From IMG/VR virus record IMGVR_UViG_3300020429_000529, positions 1-64,000 of that record: a stretch of 64,000 bases of DNA. One strand, written 5' to 3'. Below, one piece after another: positions 45,826 to 56,013 of the stretch; position 1 is the stretch's first letter, and every line of letters starts with the position of its first letter. Origin of the DNA: a virus. The position numbers were made by a program, and so were the translations under genes. Below the pieces are notes generated by a model, which worked only from the letters and a program-made list of their open reading frames with translations, did no database searches and had not been told where the DNA came from.

Positions 45826-46956
45826 ATGAGCGAGGAAAACACACAATCAATCGAGCAGAGTTCGTCTTATGCTCAGCAGCTTTCTTTCTTGGAGAGCGGC
45901 GAGAAAGACACAGTAGCAATCATTTGTCACGATCAGCCGGATCCTGATTGCCTGGCTTGCGCTATGGCTTTCCAGGAAATTGCGCAGAAGTACGGGCTTA
46001 TGTCTCGTATTTACTATGGCGGAGAGATTTCGCATACGCAGAACCGAGTGATGATAAATGTTCTCAATGTACCCGCTCAAAAGCTTGAAGACGGGGAAGA
46101 GGGAGAAGGCGAGGCGATTCGCACGGCTCTTGAGAACAGCTACATTGTTCTTGTTGATACTGCTGAGTTTGGAGCGGGTCCCTGTTCGTCAATCACAAGA
46201 TTTCTTGCGGATGATCGCAAACCGGATCTTGTGATCGATCATCATGAGCTAAACCCGAAGATCGAGTGTTCCTACATTCGAGAGCCGATGGGCGCATGTT
46301 CTACTATTCTCTGCAAGATGCTTCAAGAGCTTGAGATCGAGATTGGCAAGGCGCTTGCTACCGCTTTGTATCTCGGTATCTCGACCGATACAGCAAACCT
46401 CAAAGCAGAGAGCGTCCATGATGACGACAAGGCCGTTTTTGAATCTCTCAAAGGCAGACTGGATCCTGAGGCGTATGAGAAAATCCTCAACTACCCTCGG
46501 CCCGATGCCCTGATCGATATGAGGCGCAAGGCGTATCGAACTCTCAATGTTGAGAACACGCTTGCGATCTGTAATGCAGGTGTTGTTTCTACGAATCAGC
46601 GATCGTTGCTTGCGGAGCTATGCGACGAGCTATTGGCCGTAGAATCCGTCCAGACAGCCGTTGTCATGTCGATCGTAGATGAGGGCATCAAGGGCAAGAA
46701 AGCTCTCTGTGCGTCTTTCAGAAGCCGTAACCTCGCTGTCAATATGCAGGAATTCATCTCTAAGACCTTTGGCAAGAAATACGGCGGAGGCAGGAGAGGC
46801 GCTGGTGCTGCCAAGATTCCGCTTGATGGAGTTGTGGCGGGTATCATCGACAATATACGACAAACCGCAGGGGATAACGGCAAGCTGTTTGAGTTCACGC
46901 AGCCCATCTTTGACGTTTATGTCACAAAGGTCAGAGAAGAAAATAGCAACATCTAA
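45826..46956 (+). CDS. DHH/DHHA1 phosphoesterase
   Basis: HDQPDPDC, LVDT, IDHH, GISTDT, ASFRS, GGGR..AG. Confidence 0.92.
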   Translation: MSEENTQSIEQSSSYAQQLSFLESGEKDTVAIICHDQPDPDCLACAMAFQEIAQKYGLMSRIYYGGEISHTQNRVMINVLNVPAQKLEDGEEGEGEAIRTALENSYIVLVDTAEFGAGPCSSITRFLADDRKPDLVIDHHELNPKIECSYIREPMGACSTILCKMLQELEIEIGKALATALYLGISTDTANLKAESVHDDDKAVFESLKGRLDPEAYEKILNYPRPDALIDMRRKAYRTLNVENTLAICNAGVVSTNQRSLLAELCDELLAVESVQTAVVMSIVDEGIKGKKALCASFRSRNLAVNMQEFISKTFGKKYGGGRRGAGAAKIPLDGVVAGIIDNIRQTAGDNGKLFEFTQPIFDVYVTKVREENSNI

Positions 46957-46992
46957 GTGACTCACTGAGCGCTCTCAGGTCAGTCGGACGAT

Positions 46993-47023
46993 AAGCCTTC
47001 AACGACACGTTGAGGGCTTTTTT
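46993..47023 (+). terminator. intrinsic terminator
   Basis: AAGCCTTCAACG-ACA-CGTTGAGGGCTT-TTTT. Confidence 0.85.
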
Positions 47024-47087
47024 GTTGTCGTGTTTTCCTTCCCAATCTCGCAGATTCGCGCGAAGAAAAAACCACTCGTGGAGTGGG

Positions 47088-47115
47088 GAGGGATCATCTG
47101 TCAGTAGGTCGAATA
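47088..47115 (+). promoter_or_regulatory. putative phage promoter
   Basis: GAGGGA-N16-CGAATA upstream of the RNR-dUTPase-terminase run. Confidence 0.5.
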
Positions 47116-47169
47116 CTGATCTTACGACTTAACCGAAAGAGAAACTCCAAGAATGACAGGAGAGGGTAA

Positions 47170-49569
47170 ATGACGGACTCCACCGTGGCCGCAGGGCAAG
47201 AATCAAAAGTGAATCTACAAGATACTACAGCAAAGTCAGGAACTCTTTCTCGCGAGGATACGATCGCCTTCTTCAGCGGCGACGAGATGGCGACAGACGC
47301 ATACCTCAAGAAGTATGCAGTAACGTCCCCCGAAGGCGAGATTGAAGAGTGGCTTCCATCAGACATGTGGGAAAGAATGGCGAGGGCCGCTTCCTCTGTA
47401 GAAGAAGATCAAGATCACTGGTATAACGAGTTTAGAGAAGTGCTGTCCGACTGGAAGGCTGTTCCGCAGGGCAGCATTATGTTTGCGCTCGGAAATCCAT
47501 ACCAGAAGTCATCCTGTTCGAACTGCTTTGTAATCCCCATCCATGACGATTCTTTGATGGGGATTTTTGATGCAGCGAAGGAGATGGCTCAGACCTACGC
47601 ATATCGAGGCGGCGTTGGTATTGACATCAGCGCGCTCCGTCCCGAAGGCGCTGCCGTATCAAATGCAGCAAGAACATCGACAGGCGCTTGGTCCTTCATG
47701 GACTTCTACAGCTATGTCACTCGTTTGATTGGTCAGCATGGTCGCCGTGGCGCTCTCATGCTCACAATCAGTGATAAGCATCCTGACTTGACAAAGTTCA
47801 TCACGGCAAAGCAAGACAAGACCAAGGTTACTGGCGCAAACGTATCGATTCGTATCTCTGATGGCTTTATGAAGTCCGTGGAGAAAGACGAAGCCTGGAC
47901 CATGGAGTTCAAAACTTCGCATGAGAAGTTTACGGTAGAGAAGCCAGCCAGAGAAATCTGGGAACTCATCATCGATTGCGCTACAAAGTCTGCGGAACCA
48001 GGTATCCTCTTCTGGGACACGATTCTCAAGGAATCGCCTTCGGATTGCTATGCAGATGACGGCTTCCGCACAATCTGTACGAACCCCTGCTCGGAGATTC
48101 CGCTTCCGGCTTACGATGCGTGTACGTTGCTCAGTATGAACCTGACCAAGTATACTCGTAACGACTTTACGGAAGATGCAGCCTTCGATTTTGAGACGTT
48201 TGAGAAGGATGTTCGTGTAGCAGTTCGTTTCCTTGATAACGTAAAAGAGATCGACCTTGATCTTATGCCGCTTCAACAGCAAAGAGACGTTGCCGCTAAG
48301 GGGCGTCGTATTGGTATGGGAACGAATGGCCTTGGCGATACTCTTGCCAATCTTGGCATGAAGTACGATTCAGATAAGGCAATCGACTTCGTTGACAACT
48401 TGTACGAGTTCTTTGCTAAAACAGTTTACCAGGCGTCCGTTGATCTTGCCCATGAGAAGGGGCCGTTCCCGTGCTTCGATCCTGAGAAGGAGAAGGACAA
48501 TCCGTTCCTCAACCGGATTGGTTTCGCTGGCGTTCCTCGTCGCAACATTGCGGCGCTGACTTGCGCGCCAACTGGTTCGCTTTCCATGCTTTGCCAGACT
48601 TCTTCTGGTGTTGAGCCTGTTTTCCGTAACTTCTATGTGCGTCGTCGTAAGATCACTCACAACGAAGCAACGAAGATCCCCAAGAACCAGCTTTACCGAG
48701 ACAAGGTAGGCGACACTTGGCAGGAGTATGATGTTGCTCATCACAATGTTCAGCGATATCTGACCATGATGGGTCACGATCTCAAGACAACTCGCATGGA
48801 CGAGATTGATCTGCCAGATTACTTCGTAACCTCGGATCAGATCGATTGGAAGAAGCGAGTCACGATTCAGGCGACGATGCAGAAGTGGATCGATCATGCG
48901 ATCTCTTCGACATGCAATCTTCCTGCGGGCACTTCGAATGAGACCGTTCGCAAGGTCTACGAGGAGGCGTACAAGGCTGGCTGCAAGGGCTTCACGGTTT
49001 ATGTTGACGGCTGCAGAGATGGCGTTCTGATTACGAAGGACGAGAACGAGCCGAAGATCGAGAAGACCAAGGCTCCCAAGCGACCCAAGAAGCTGCCTGC
49101 TCACATTCATCACATTACCGTCAAGGGCGTTCAGTATTTCGTCATGGTAGGACTGATGGGCGGAGAGCCATACGAGATCTTTGCTGGCAAGAATGGCTTC
49201 ATCCCCAAGGGCGTTAATCATTGCGAGATTGAGAAAATCAAGAGGGGCCACTACAAGGCATACCTCGATAATGGCGAGATCATCGATGAGATCACCGAGC
49301 ATATCACGGACGAGGAAGCAGCTATAACTCGATTGCTGTCGCTGTCTCTTCGTCATGGTTCTGATATCACTCATGCTGTTGAGCAGCTTGAGAGAGTTCC
49401 TGGCGATCTGCAGAGCTTTGCTCGATCGATTTCTCGCGCCCTCAAGAAGCATGTCCCTGATGGGGCGAGAGTCCATGGAGCAGGCTGCCCGACTTGTCAG
49501 AGCGAGAATCTCGCTCGCGAAGAGGGATGTATCCGTTGTATCGATTGCGGATGGTCTGGATGCAGCTAA
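47170..49569 (+). CDS. nrdJ: class II (adenosylcobalamin-dependent) ribonucleotide reductase
   Basis: SNCFV, GGVG, RRGALM, TNPCSE, APTG, ISSTCNLP, GCKGFTVY; C-terminal TSCPD-like and Zn-ribbon region; no small subunit gene adjacent. Confidence 0.92.
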   Translation: MTDSTVAAGQESKVNLQDTTAKSGTLSREDTIAFFSGDEMATDAYLKKYAVTSPEGEIEEWLPSDMWERMARAASSVEEDQDHWYNEFREVLSDWKAVPQGSIMFALGNPYQKSSCSNCFVIPIHDDSLMGIFDAAKEMAQTYAYRGGVGIDISALRPEGAAVSNAARTSTGAWSFMDFYSYVTRLIGQHGRRGALMLTISDKHPDLTKFITAKQDKTKVTGANVSIRISDGFMKSVEKDEAWTMEFKTSHEKFTVEKPAREIWELIIDCATKSAEPGILFWDTILKESPSDCYADDGFRTICTNPCSEIPLPAYDACTLLSMNLTKYTRNDFTEDAAFDFETFEKDVRVAVRFLDNVKEIDLDLMPLQQQRDVAAKGRRIGMGTNGLGDTLANLGMKYDSDKAIDFVDNLYEFFAKTVYQASVDLAHEKGPFPCFDPEKEKDNPFLNRIGFAGVPRRNIAALTCAPTGSLSMLCQTSSGVEPVFRNFYVRRRKITHNEATKIPKNQLYRDKVGDTWQEYDVAHHNVQRYLTMMGHDLKTTRMDEIDLPDYFVTSDQIDWKKRVTIQATMQKWIDHAISSTCNLPAGTSNETVRKVYEEAYKAGCKGFTVYVDGCRDGVLITKDENEPKIEKTKAPKRPKKLPAHIHHITVKGVQYFVMVGLMGGEPYEIFAGKNGFIPKGVNHCEIEKIKRGHYKAYLDNGEIIDEITEHITDEEAAITRLLSLSLRHGSDITHAVEQLERVPGDLQSFARSISRALKKHVPDGARVHGAGCPTCQSENLAREEGCIRCIDCGWSGCS

Positions 49570-49621
49570 GCTGATAGGAAGAAAACTTGTGCTGGTAAGA
49601 GTCGTTGAAACCGAGGAGTTC

Positions 49622-50140
49622 ATGATGACCGAAGAAGACGGCGTACTCATTCCTGAGATTCGCGTCAAGAAGCTGCATCCCGATGCAAAGCTGCCAGAGC
49701 AGAACACGGATACCGATGCAGGATATGATCTTGTTGCCATAGGCCCGCCCGAGAAGGTATGGGCCAAGAACAAGGATGACAAGGATTATCCGGTACTGCA
49801 ATACATCCAATACAGAACTGGTATTGCAATCCAGCCCCCAAGGGGATACCATGTTGAAATCTTCCCGAGATCGAGTATCTCGAAGCATGATTTGGTTCTG
49901 GCAAACAGCATTGGGCTTGTAGACGAAGGATACAGAGGGGAGTTGTTGGTAAGATTCAAATACATAGAACCAGACAACGACTGCCGCAAGGTCCGCAATA
50001 TCCCGATGAAGATCTACCAGTCAGGCGACAAAATCGCGCAACTGGTTGTCCGCAAGACACAGAAGGCAAACTTCGTTCTTGCCGATGAACTATCTGAGAC
50101 CGACCGCGGAACTGGCGGATTCGGTAGCTCAGGTAGGTAA
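49622..50140 (+). CDS. dut: trimeric dUTPase
   Basis: AGYDL, PRSS, NSIGLVDEGYRGE, KIAQL, RGTGGFGSSG. Confidence 0.96.
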   Translation: MMTEEDGVLIPEIRVKKLHPDAKLPEQNTDTDAGYDLVAIGPPEKVWAKNKDDKDYPVLQYIQYRTGIAIQPPRGYHVEIFPRSSISKHDLVLANSIGLVDEGYRGELLVRFKYIEPDNDCRKVRNIPMKIYQSGDKIAQLVVRKTQKANFVLADELSETDRGTGGFGSSGR

Positions 50141-50143
50141 TGG

Positions 50144-51910
50144 ATGCCCCTTGAACCAGCTAATGTCATAGTAGTCTATCGAGATACTGATACCGAAAGC
50201 CAAGAGTTTGCGGAAAAGTATCAAGCGATACACAACCTCGAAGATGAGCAGTTGGTGGCTATCCCCTGCTCAAATATCGAGGTGCTTGATGATTACGCAA
50301 CCTTTCAAACCGAAGTAGAAGATCCGATCAATACGGCGATGACAACATCGCCTCTTGACTCAAGAACCATCTGGGCCATCGTGCTGATGCCCAAGGTTCC
50401 TGGGGGCTTCTATGATGGTAATGACATTGTTTCATCGACTTCGAGGCTGTCGAGAATAGGTCACTCGTATAGCGGCAACAAGAAGTCCCTCAACCCGTTG
50501 TACGATCGGAAAACGTTCAAGCGGTTCGATAATGACGACGCCGACTTTGCTCTGATCTGCACGAGATTTGATTCTCCGTTTGCAGCGATCACTCAGCAAT
50601 GGTTTGACAACTCAGAAATCGCTCTGAGGCAGTTGTTTGTCACAGGAACGTTCTACTTCGATCCGTTCTCTGCGATCCATCAGGCGGGCGCTGAGCAGTA
50701 CGAGACGGACCTTCTGTTCTTTCAGGACGGGCTACTCCCTCGTCTCGGCCTGCCGACTCAAACAACCCTTCAGATCGATCCCTATATCGATCCGATCATC
50801 CCTCAGGTGAGGAATGACTCGTTCGTTTGGTCGTGGGGCGCTGATGAGTCTTCTTTGTCCTACTTCAAAGAGACAGCAACTCTGCGGGGTTTTTTCTACA
50901 ACGCAGACTACGATGGCGCAGCAACGATCCGAGACATCGATTCTCGTCGTTGGCCTATCCTCGCTCTCCGAGGCGGTTATGTCGCAACTGCAGGTCACAT
51001 GTCAAACCCTGGTATTGATGGTTTTCTGCGACCAGTTCCGTTTTTTGATGCGCTGTTTCGTGGAGCGTCTATGGGCGAGGCCATGCTCTACAGCGTGCCT
51101 CACTTAAACTGGACAACAGCGTTCTTTGGCGACCCGTTGTTGAAATATATCTTCCCCGAGATCTTTGATGATACGACGCTGATAGACTTTCGCAAGATTT
51201 GGCCGCTCATGGTTGATTGCGAGTCTCAGTCGATTATCAACATCTTCCGTAAGACAAATCTCATCAAGTCGTTGAGAGATACAATCATTGCGGGAGACGA
51301 TGTTCAGACATCTTTGGACCTTGCGTTTCCGATCAATCGTCTCTACCAAGAGTTCAATGCGCAGACATGGAAGAACGACTATACAAACCTTTCAAAGGCT
51401 ATGGTCAAGATTGTCACGGCAAAAAACCAGACTGCTTTTCCTCGATTCTATCCCAATCTCCGAGATTACCTGCTGACAACAGACACAAATGTCACAGAGA
51501 TCTTCTTGGATACCCTGAACAACGATACGGTCAAGGCGACAATCCCCGCAGACAACATCGAGCCCGAAGGTTCATGGGATTTCGAGTTCATTCTTGAGCA
51601 TGATCCTGGTACTTTTGCTTTTTATCACTTTGAGCTTGATATCTCGTTGGACGAAGACTTTGACGAGATTCTTCTCAGCAAGGACAGCTTTGTTTCGGTC
51701 ATTGGATGGACGTTCCAGAACAGCGAAGACGAGTTCGAACAGCTTGGAGGCAACGGTCTTACATCAAACTTTGCAGGAAAAACCGTCAGGTATACCGCAA
51801 AGGAAAGTGAAAAGTTGGAAAGGGGAACTTACTACTATTTTCGAATAAGGCAGAAAGACCAGTTGACGAACTTCCCCTACAGGACGTTCAGGGAGATCAT
51901 TTACAAGTGA
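50144..51910 (+). CDS. TIGR03790-like protein with C-terminal beta-sandwich
   Basis: LEPANVIVVY...SQEFAEKY, NPLY, ICTRFD, GGYVATAGHMSNP, FGDPLL; similarity recalled by eye. Confidence 0.7.
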   Translation: MPLEPANVIVVYRDTDTESQEFAEKYQAIHNLEDEQLVAIPCSNIEVLDDYATFQTEVEDPINTAMTTSPLDSRTIWAIVLMPKVPGGFYDGNDIVSSTSRLSRIGHSYSGNKKSLNPLYDRKTFKRFDNDDADFALICTRFDSPFAAITQQWFDNSEIALRQLFVTGTFYFDPFSAIHQAGAEQYETDLLFFQDGLLPRLGLPTQTTLQIDPYIDPIIPQVRNDSFVWSWGADESSLSYFKETATLRGFFYNADYDGAATIRDIDSRRWPILALRGGYVATAGHMSNPGIDGFLRPVPFFDALFRGASMGEAMLYSVPHLNWTTAFFGDPLLKYIFPEIFDDTTLIDFRKIWPLMVDCESQSIINIFRKTNLIKSLRDTIIAGDDVQTSLDLAFPINRLYQEFNAQTWKNDYTNLSKAMVKIVTAKNQTAFPRFYPNLRDYLLTTDTNVTEIFLDTLNNDTVKATIPADNIEPEGSWDFEFILEHDPGTFAFYHFELDISLDEDFDEILLSKDSFVSVIGWTFQNSEDEFEQLGGNGLTSNFAGKTVRYTAKESEKLERGTYYYFRIRQKDQLTNFPYRTFREIIYK

Positions 51911-52371
51911 TTGGAACGGCAAACTACAGAGAGGCGACTGAGGTCATTGCGGAAGCGCAAGAATTAGGAGATCTTGCGTTTGCGGGTTTGCTGTGCATGA
52001 GAGACAGGCTGTTCGAGGGGAAGATCAATCCAAGAGATCGATTCCGTCGAGAACTATACGCAAACATGAATGCGACATACAGCTTGATCGCCAATCGCCA
52101 CATCAGAGCCAATCAAAGCATGATTCAGTTTGTCAAGGCTTTGAATGATCACATCCTGGTCCAATACGGCAATGAGTATGGTTACGAGACGCTCGATGAG
52201 TTTCTTGTAGATCAGTACCTTCAGGTTCCTACAACGTTTGCTTCGATATCTGCGTTCATTGGTTACTCGATAACTGAAATCGGAGACAAGGCGGCGAACT
52301 GGGAGGATATTGACGATAACTGGGAAGATGTAGATCTTAACTGGGATCGCATCGGCTGGGAGAATGTATAA
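51907..52371 (+). CDS. hypothetical protein, W/D-rich tail
   Basis: GTGA coupling; NWEDIDDNWEDVDLNWD repeat. Confidence 0.7.
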   Translation: MIGTANYREATEVIAEAQELGDLAFAGLLCMRDRLFEGKINPRDRFRRELYANMNATYSLIANRHIRANQSMIQFVKALNDHILVQYGNEYGYETLDEFLVDQYLQVPTTFASISAFIGYSITEIGDKAANWEDIDDNWEDVDLNWDRIGWENV

Positions 52372-52925
52372 TGCCAGATCCTAATGCCCTTGAGGGCAAG
52401 CAACCAGCACAAACATACCAGGACTTGTTCCATCTGAACAACTCCAACAACGGCCTTGACGGTACGTTGCGGTACATCTATTCGGCGAATGGGACCGTAA
52501 CGACTCTACAGATATCGGATGAGGCTTTTGCAGCAGATTGCAACTATCAGAATATCGCAAGACCAACTCTTGTAAGGCCAGCAGAGAAAGCCTTGAGCGT
52601 TACGCAGGCTACTTCTGATCCTTACGCAGTCGATCTTGCAAACGGTAACACTTTTGATATAACACTTGAAGGCAGCATCACAACCATGACAATAACCGGC
52701 CTTCCTCCTGACGATGGAGTTACGAGGGCGGTTGAAGTGACCTTTATCCTGACCCAAGCGGGCGCAGGCAGTTTTACTGTGTCATGGCCTTCTGGTACGA
52801 AGTGGGCGGGCGGAACAGCGCCGACGCTTACTACGACAGCGGGTAGAATTGATATCATCAAGCTGCTAACGGTGGATAGGGGAACGACTTGGCTTGGTTC
52901 CATTGTGGCCCAAGACTTGCAATAA
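52371..52925 (+). CDS. virion structural / tail-fibre-associated protein
   Basis: C-terminal LTQ.G.GSFTVSWPSGTKWAGGTAPTLT...DII domain, common in phage fibre proteins. Confidence 0.7.
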   Translation: MPDPNALEGKQPAQTYQDLFHLNNSNNGLDGTLRYIYSANGTVTTLQISDEAFAADCNYQNIARPTLVRPAEKALSVTQATSDPYAVDLANGNTFDITLEGSITTMTITGLPPDDGVTRAVEVTFILTQAGAGSFTVSWPSGTKWAGGTAPTLTTTAGRIDIIKLLTVDRGTTWLGSIVAQDLQ

Positions 52926-52929
52926 TGCC

Positions 52930-55900
52930 ATGGCTAAGAAAAAGAAGTCTGATGACCTGCAAAGCATACTGCGGAACCTTCAGCAGCATGTAAAGACAGA
53001 AAACGCTAAGTTCAATCTGTCGAAACTTCCGAGTATCATCGAGTTCGTTGAGAACAAAGAATGGCTCGGCATGAAGCACTATGCGCAGCCAGTTAAGCTG
53101 CGACCCATGCAGCTTGTTCTGCTGAAGTGTTTCTACAGAGGTAGCCCGGGTAACGAAGACCTTGCGCTGACCGAAGATGAAATTCAACTCATCAAAGAAA
53201 GCGGACTCACAACAGATGAGAGCGGTGACGTTCTTGCAAAGTGGGCGGAAGGCGAGATCTTCAGGGAACTCATTCTCGTGTGGGGTCGCCGTTGCCTCTC
53301 TGAAGACGCAACGATATTTGATCCAACGCAAGGTCGAACCACTCGACTTGGAGAGCTTTGGAACAACGGAGAAACCGATGTTGTTTCGCTGAGCTACGAT
53401 GAAAACGAAGAGCGAATGAGGATCATGACAGATTGCGAGTTGCTCTCTAACGGAGTGCGACCCGTCTTTCGTCTAAGGACTCGTAGCGGTCACGAGATTG
53501 AAGCAACCGACAACCATCCCATGCTGACAAACGAGGGATGGAAAGAGGTAAAGGATCTCAAGGAAGGCAATCTTGTTGCTATCGCTCCGAAAGTCCCGTT
53601 CTTTGGAGATCGCAAAGACCTGAGCGAAAAAGAAGCTGCGCTGCTTGGCTACATGTCGAGTCAGTCTTTCTTTTCGGCAGGAGGTCATGTTGGTATTGCC
53701 ACCGATGATATTGATGCCGTCAATGACTTCTTTCAGAAGGCCCAAGAGCTGTACGGCAACAATGTCGAGATGGGTAAGGCTTCCGAATACTCGGTTTCTG
53801 CCGCTTCAATGTCGAAGAAGCCCTTCTCGTATGTTTGTCTCCAAAACTGCAAAGAACCATCAGCCACATCAACAAAGCAGGCTGTCAAGAACTGCAACAA
53901 TCTTCCTTGCCTGTTTCTAATCAATGGTCTGAAGGACAAGGATTCTGAACACAAGTTTGTACCTGTCAGAATCGATCAGGCCCCAAGAGAGATAATTGAG
54001 TCATACCTTCGGGCTCTGTTTAGCGCAGACGGATCTATCATTGAGAACAGAGATCAGTTCTCAATCGAAATGTACGTTGGTAATCGGGATATGGTCTTGC
54101 AGCTACAAAGGCTGCTGCAGAGGTTTACTATCTTTTCATCGTTTGTACCAGAGGGTAACGGTTTTCGACTGTCAATGACCCGCAGGCACGATGTCAAGAT
54201 GTTCCTTGACCATATTGGCTTTGTCAACAAGACAGAACAGATTCTTCGCTTCCGAAAGATTCATCAGAAGGTTCCTGTTGAAGAAGATCTGATCTTCGTT
54301 CCTGTTGATTCGATTGTTGCTATCGGAGAGAAGCAGACTTTCGATATTGCTGTATCTCACAAGCCTCATCTGCAGAACTTTGTCTCAGACGGTTTTGTAG
54401 TTCACAATAGCGGCAAGGGATTCATTACCTCGGTAATCGCCCTGTATGAGGCTATGAAGCTTCTTGAGGCACCTGGCGGAAATCCCTATGCTCAGTACGA
54501 ACTGGCAACCGCTGCTCCGTTCTTGATTTTGACCATCGCTAACTCGGCAGAACAGGCCAAGCACTTGTTCAAAGAGATTCGCGACAAGATCATGTTGAGC
54601 GAATACTTCAAGGACCGTCTTGATGATGAGCATCTGACAAATGATTCTCTGGTATTCTTGACGCCGCACGATATCAATCAGAACGAAGATCTTGCGAAGC
54701 GAGGACTTCCCCCAAGAGAGGGTTCGGTTCGTATCGTTTCAGGTCACTCTAACTCTGACTCTCTCGTTGGTATGTCGTGTTACTGCTTGCTTCTTGACGA
54801 GATCGGTCTCTACAAGAATACGGCAGGATCTTCTTCTGGCGACCAGATCTACAACTCGCTGGCTCCCGCTGTTAAGACGTACATCCGAAAGCAGCCTATT
54901 TTTGACACAAGGACAGGCGAGCCCAAGTTGGATGACAACGGAGAGCCGGTGACGAAGGATGTCTTCGATGGCAAGATCATCTGTATCTCGTCTCCGCGAG
55001 GTAAGGAAGGTATCTTCTTTGACCTGTATTCTCACGCTCATGAGGTTTCTCACCGATTGATGATGAGGCTTCCAACATGGAAGGTCAATCCTCAGATGAC
55101 CGAGGCTGCGCTGCGGGCCGACTTCCCCAATATGCCGGAAGAGAAGTTCCGCATGGAGTTTGGGGCAGAGTTCTCGGGCACGGGCGGCGAGTCATTCTTC
55201 CCCCGAGATGCTGTCGAGGCTTGCTTCGAGAGAAGAGGTCTCAAAGACATCAACATGGGCAAACCTGGTATTGTTTACTTTGCCCATCTTGATCCTGCGT
55301 TGTCAAGTCACAACTACGGTATGGTTGTTTGTCACAAAGAAGTGTATCTCAACCAAGAGACCAAGCAAAGAGATTTCAGAATCGTCATCGATCATGTCAA
55401 GCATTGGGCTCCGACGCCCGATAAGTTGATTTCGGTCAATGATGTCGATAGTTACATCATGGCCCTAAACAGGCGGTTCCACTTTGGTCTTGTTTCGTAT
55501 GACCAATGGAACAGTCAGCAGAGTATCCAAAAGTTGCGCCGTATCGGTATGCCTGCGATTGAAACCAGATTTTCGCGCAACTACAAGATGATGATTTACG
55601 ACAATCTGTACGAGCTTGTAGCTTCGGGCAGACTTTTGATTCCCGACCATACGGCGAGTCACAATCTTCTAAAGCTGGAAATGATTAACTTGCAGAAGAA
55701 ATACCTGGCGACAGGTGGATATCGAGTTTTGCCCAAGGCGGACGGCGATATTTTGACCGATGACCTCTGCGATGCGTTGGCAGGAGCCTGTTTCAATGCA
55801 ATGGATCGCACTACTCGCAAGCTTCCGCAAGGAAAACTTGTCAACACGCCAGTATCTACACAACAGCAAGTATTCAGACAGATGCAGGGACCGATACCCG

Positions 55901-56013
55901 ATCAGCAACTCTCCAACATGTCTCCGGGACTGAGAAGATGGGTTGATCACACAAGAGGGCAAGGGCCTGACTCTAACATTGTTCCACGAAACCCGAATCA
56001 ATGGAGGCCATAA
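52930..56013 (+). CDS. terL: terminase large subunit (intein-containing)
   Basis: LRPMQ, Walker A GRR|SGK split by an intein, Walker B LLLDEIG, ISSP, nuclease AHLDPA...YDQWNS...DDLCDALA. Confidence 0.92.
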   Translation: MAKKKKSDDLQSILRNLQQHVKTENAKFNLSKLPSIIEFVENKEWLGMKHYAQPVKLRPMQLVLLKCFYRGSPGNEDLALTEDEIQLIKESGLTTDESGDVLAKWAEGEIFRELILVWGRRCLSEDATIFDPTQGRTTRLGELWNNGETDVVSLSYDENEERMRIMTDCELLSNGVRPVFRLRTRSGHEIEATDNHPMLTNEGWKEVKDLKEGNLVAIAPKVPFFGDRKDLSEKEAALLGYMSSQSFFSAGGHVGIATDDIDAVNDFFQKAQELYGNNVEMGKASEYSVSAASMSKKPFSYVCLQNCKEPSATSTKQAVKNCNNLPCLFLINGLKDKDSEHKFVPVRIDQAPREIIESYLRALFSADGSIIENRDQFSIEMYVGNRDMVLQLQRLLQRFTIFSSFVPEGNGFRLSMTRRHDVKMFLDHIGFVNKTEQILRFRKIHQKVPVEEDLIFVPVDSIVAIGEKQTFDIAVSHKPHLQNFVSDGFVVHNSGKGFITSVIALYEAMKLLEAPGGNPYAQYELATAAPFLILTIANSAEQAKHLFKEIRDKIMLSEYFKDRLDDEHLTNDSLVFLTPHDINQNEDLAKRGLPPREGSVRIVSGHSNSDSLVGMSCYCLLLDEIGLYKNTAGSSSGDQIYNSLAPAVKTYIRKQPIFDTRTGEPKLDDNGEPVTKDVFDGKIICISSPRGKEGIFFDLYSHAHEVSHRLMMRLPTWKVNPQMTEAALRADFPNMPEEKFRMEFGAEFSGTGGESFFPRDAVEACFERRGLKDINMGKPGIVYFAHLDPALSSHNYGMVVCHKEVYLNQETKQRDFRIVIDHVKHWAPTPDKLISVNDVDSYIMALNRRFHFGLVSYDQWNSQQSIQKLRRIGMPAIETRFSRNYKMMIYDNLYELVASGRLLIPDHTASHNLLKLEMINLQKKYLATGGYRVLPKADGDILTDDLCDALAGACFNAMDRTTRKLPQGKLVNTPVSTQQQVFRQMQGPIPDQQLSNMSPGLRRWVDHTRGQGPDSNIVPRNPNQWRP
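53293..54408 (+). mobile_element. intein (372 aa) with LAGLIDADG-type endonuclease domain
   Basis: N-terminal CLSEDATI, block B ATDNHPML, AALLGYM and YLRALFSADG, C-terminal NFVSDGFVVHN followed by Ser(+1). Confidence 0.95.
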
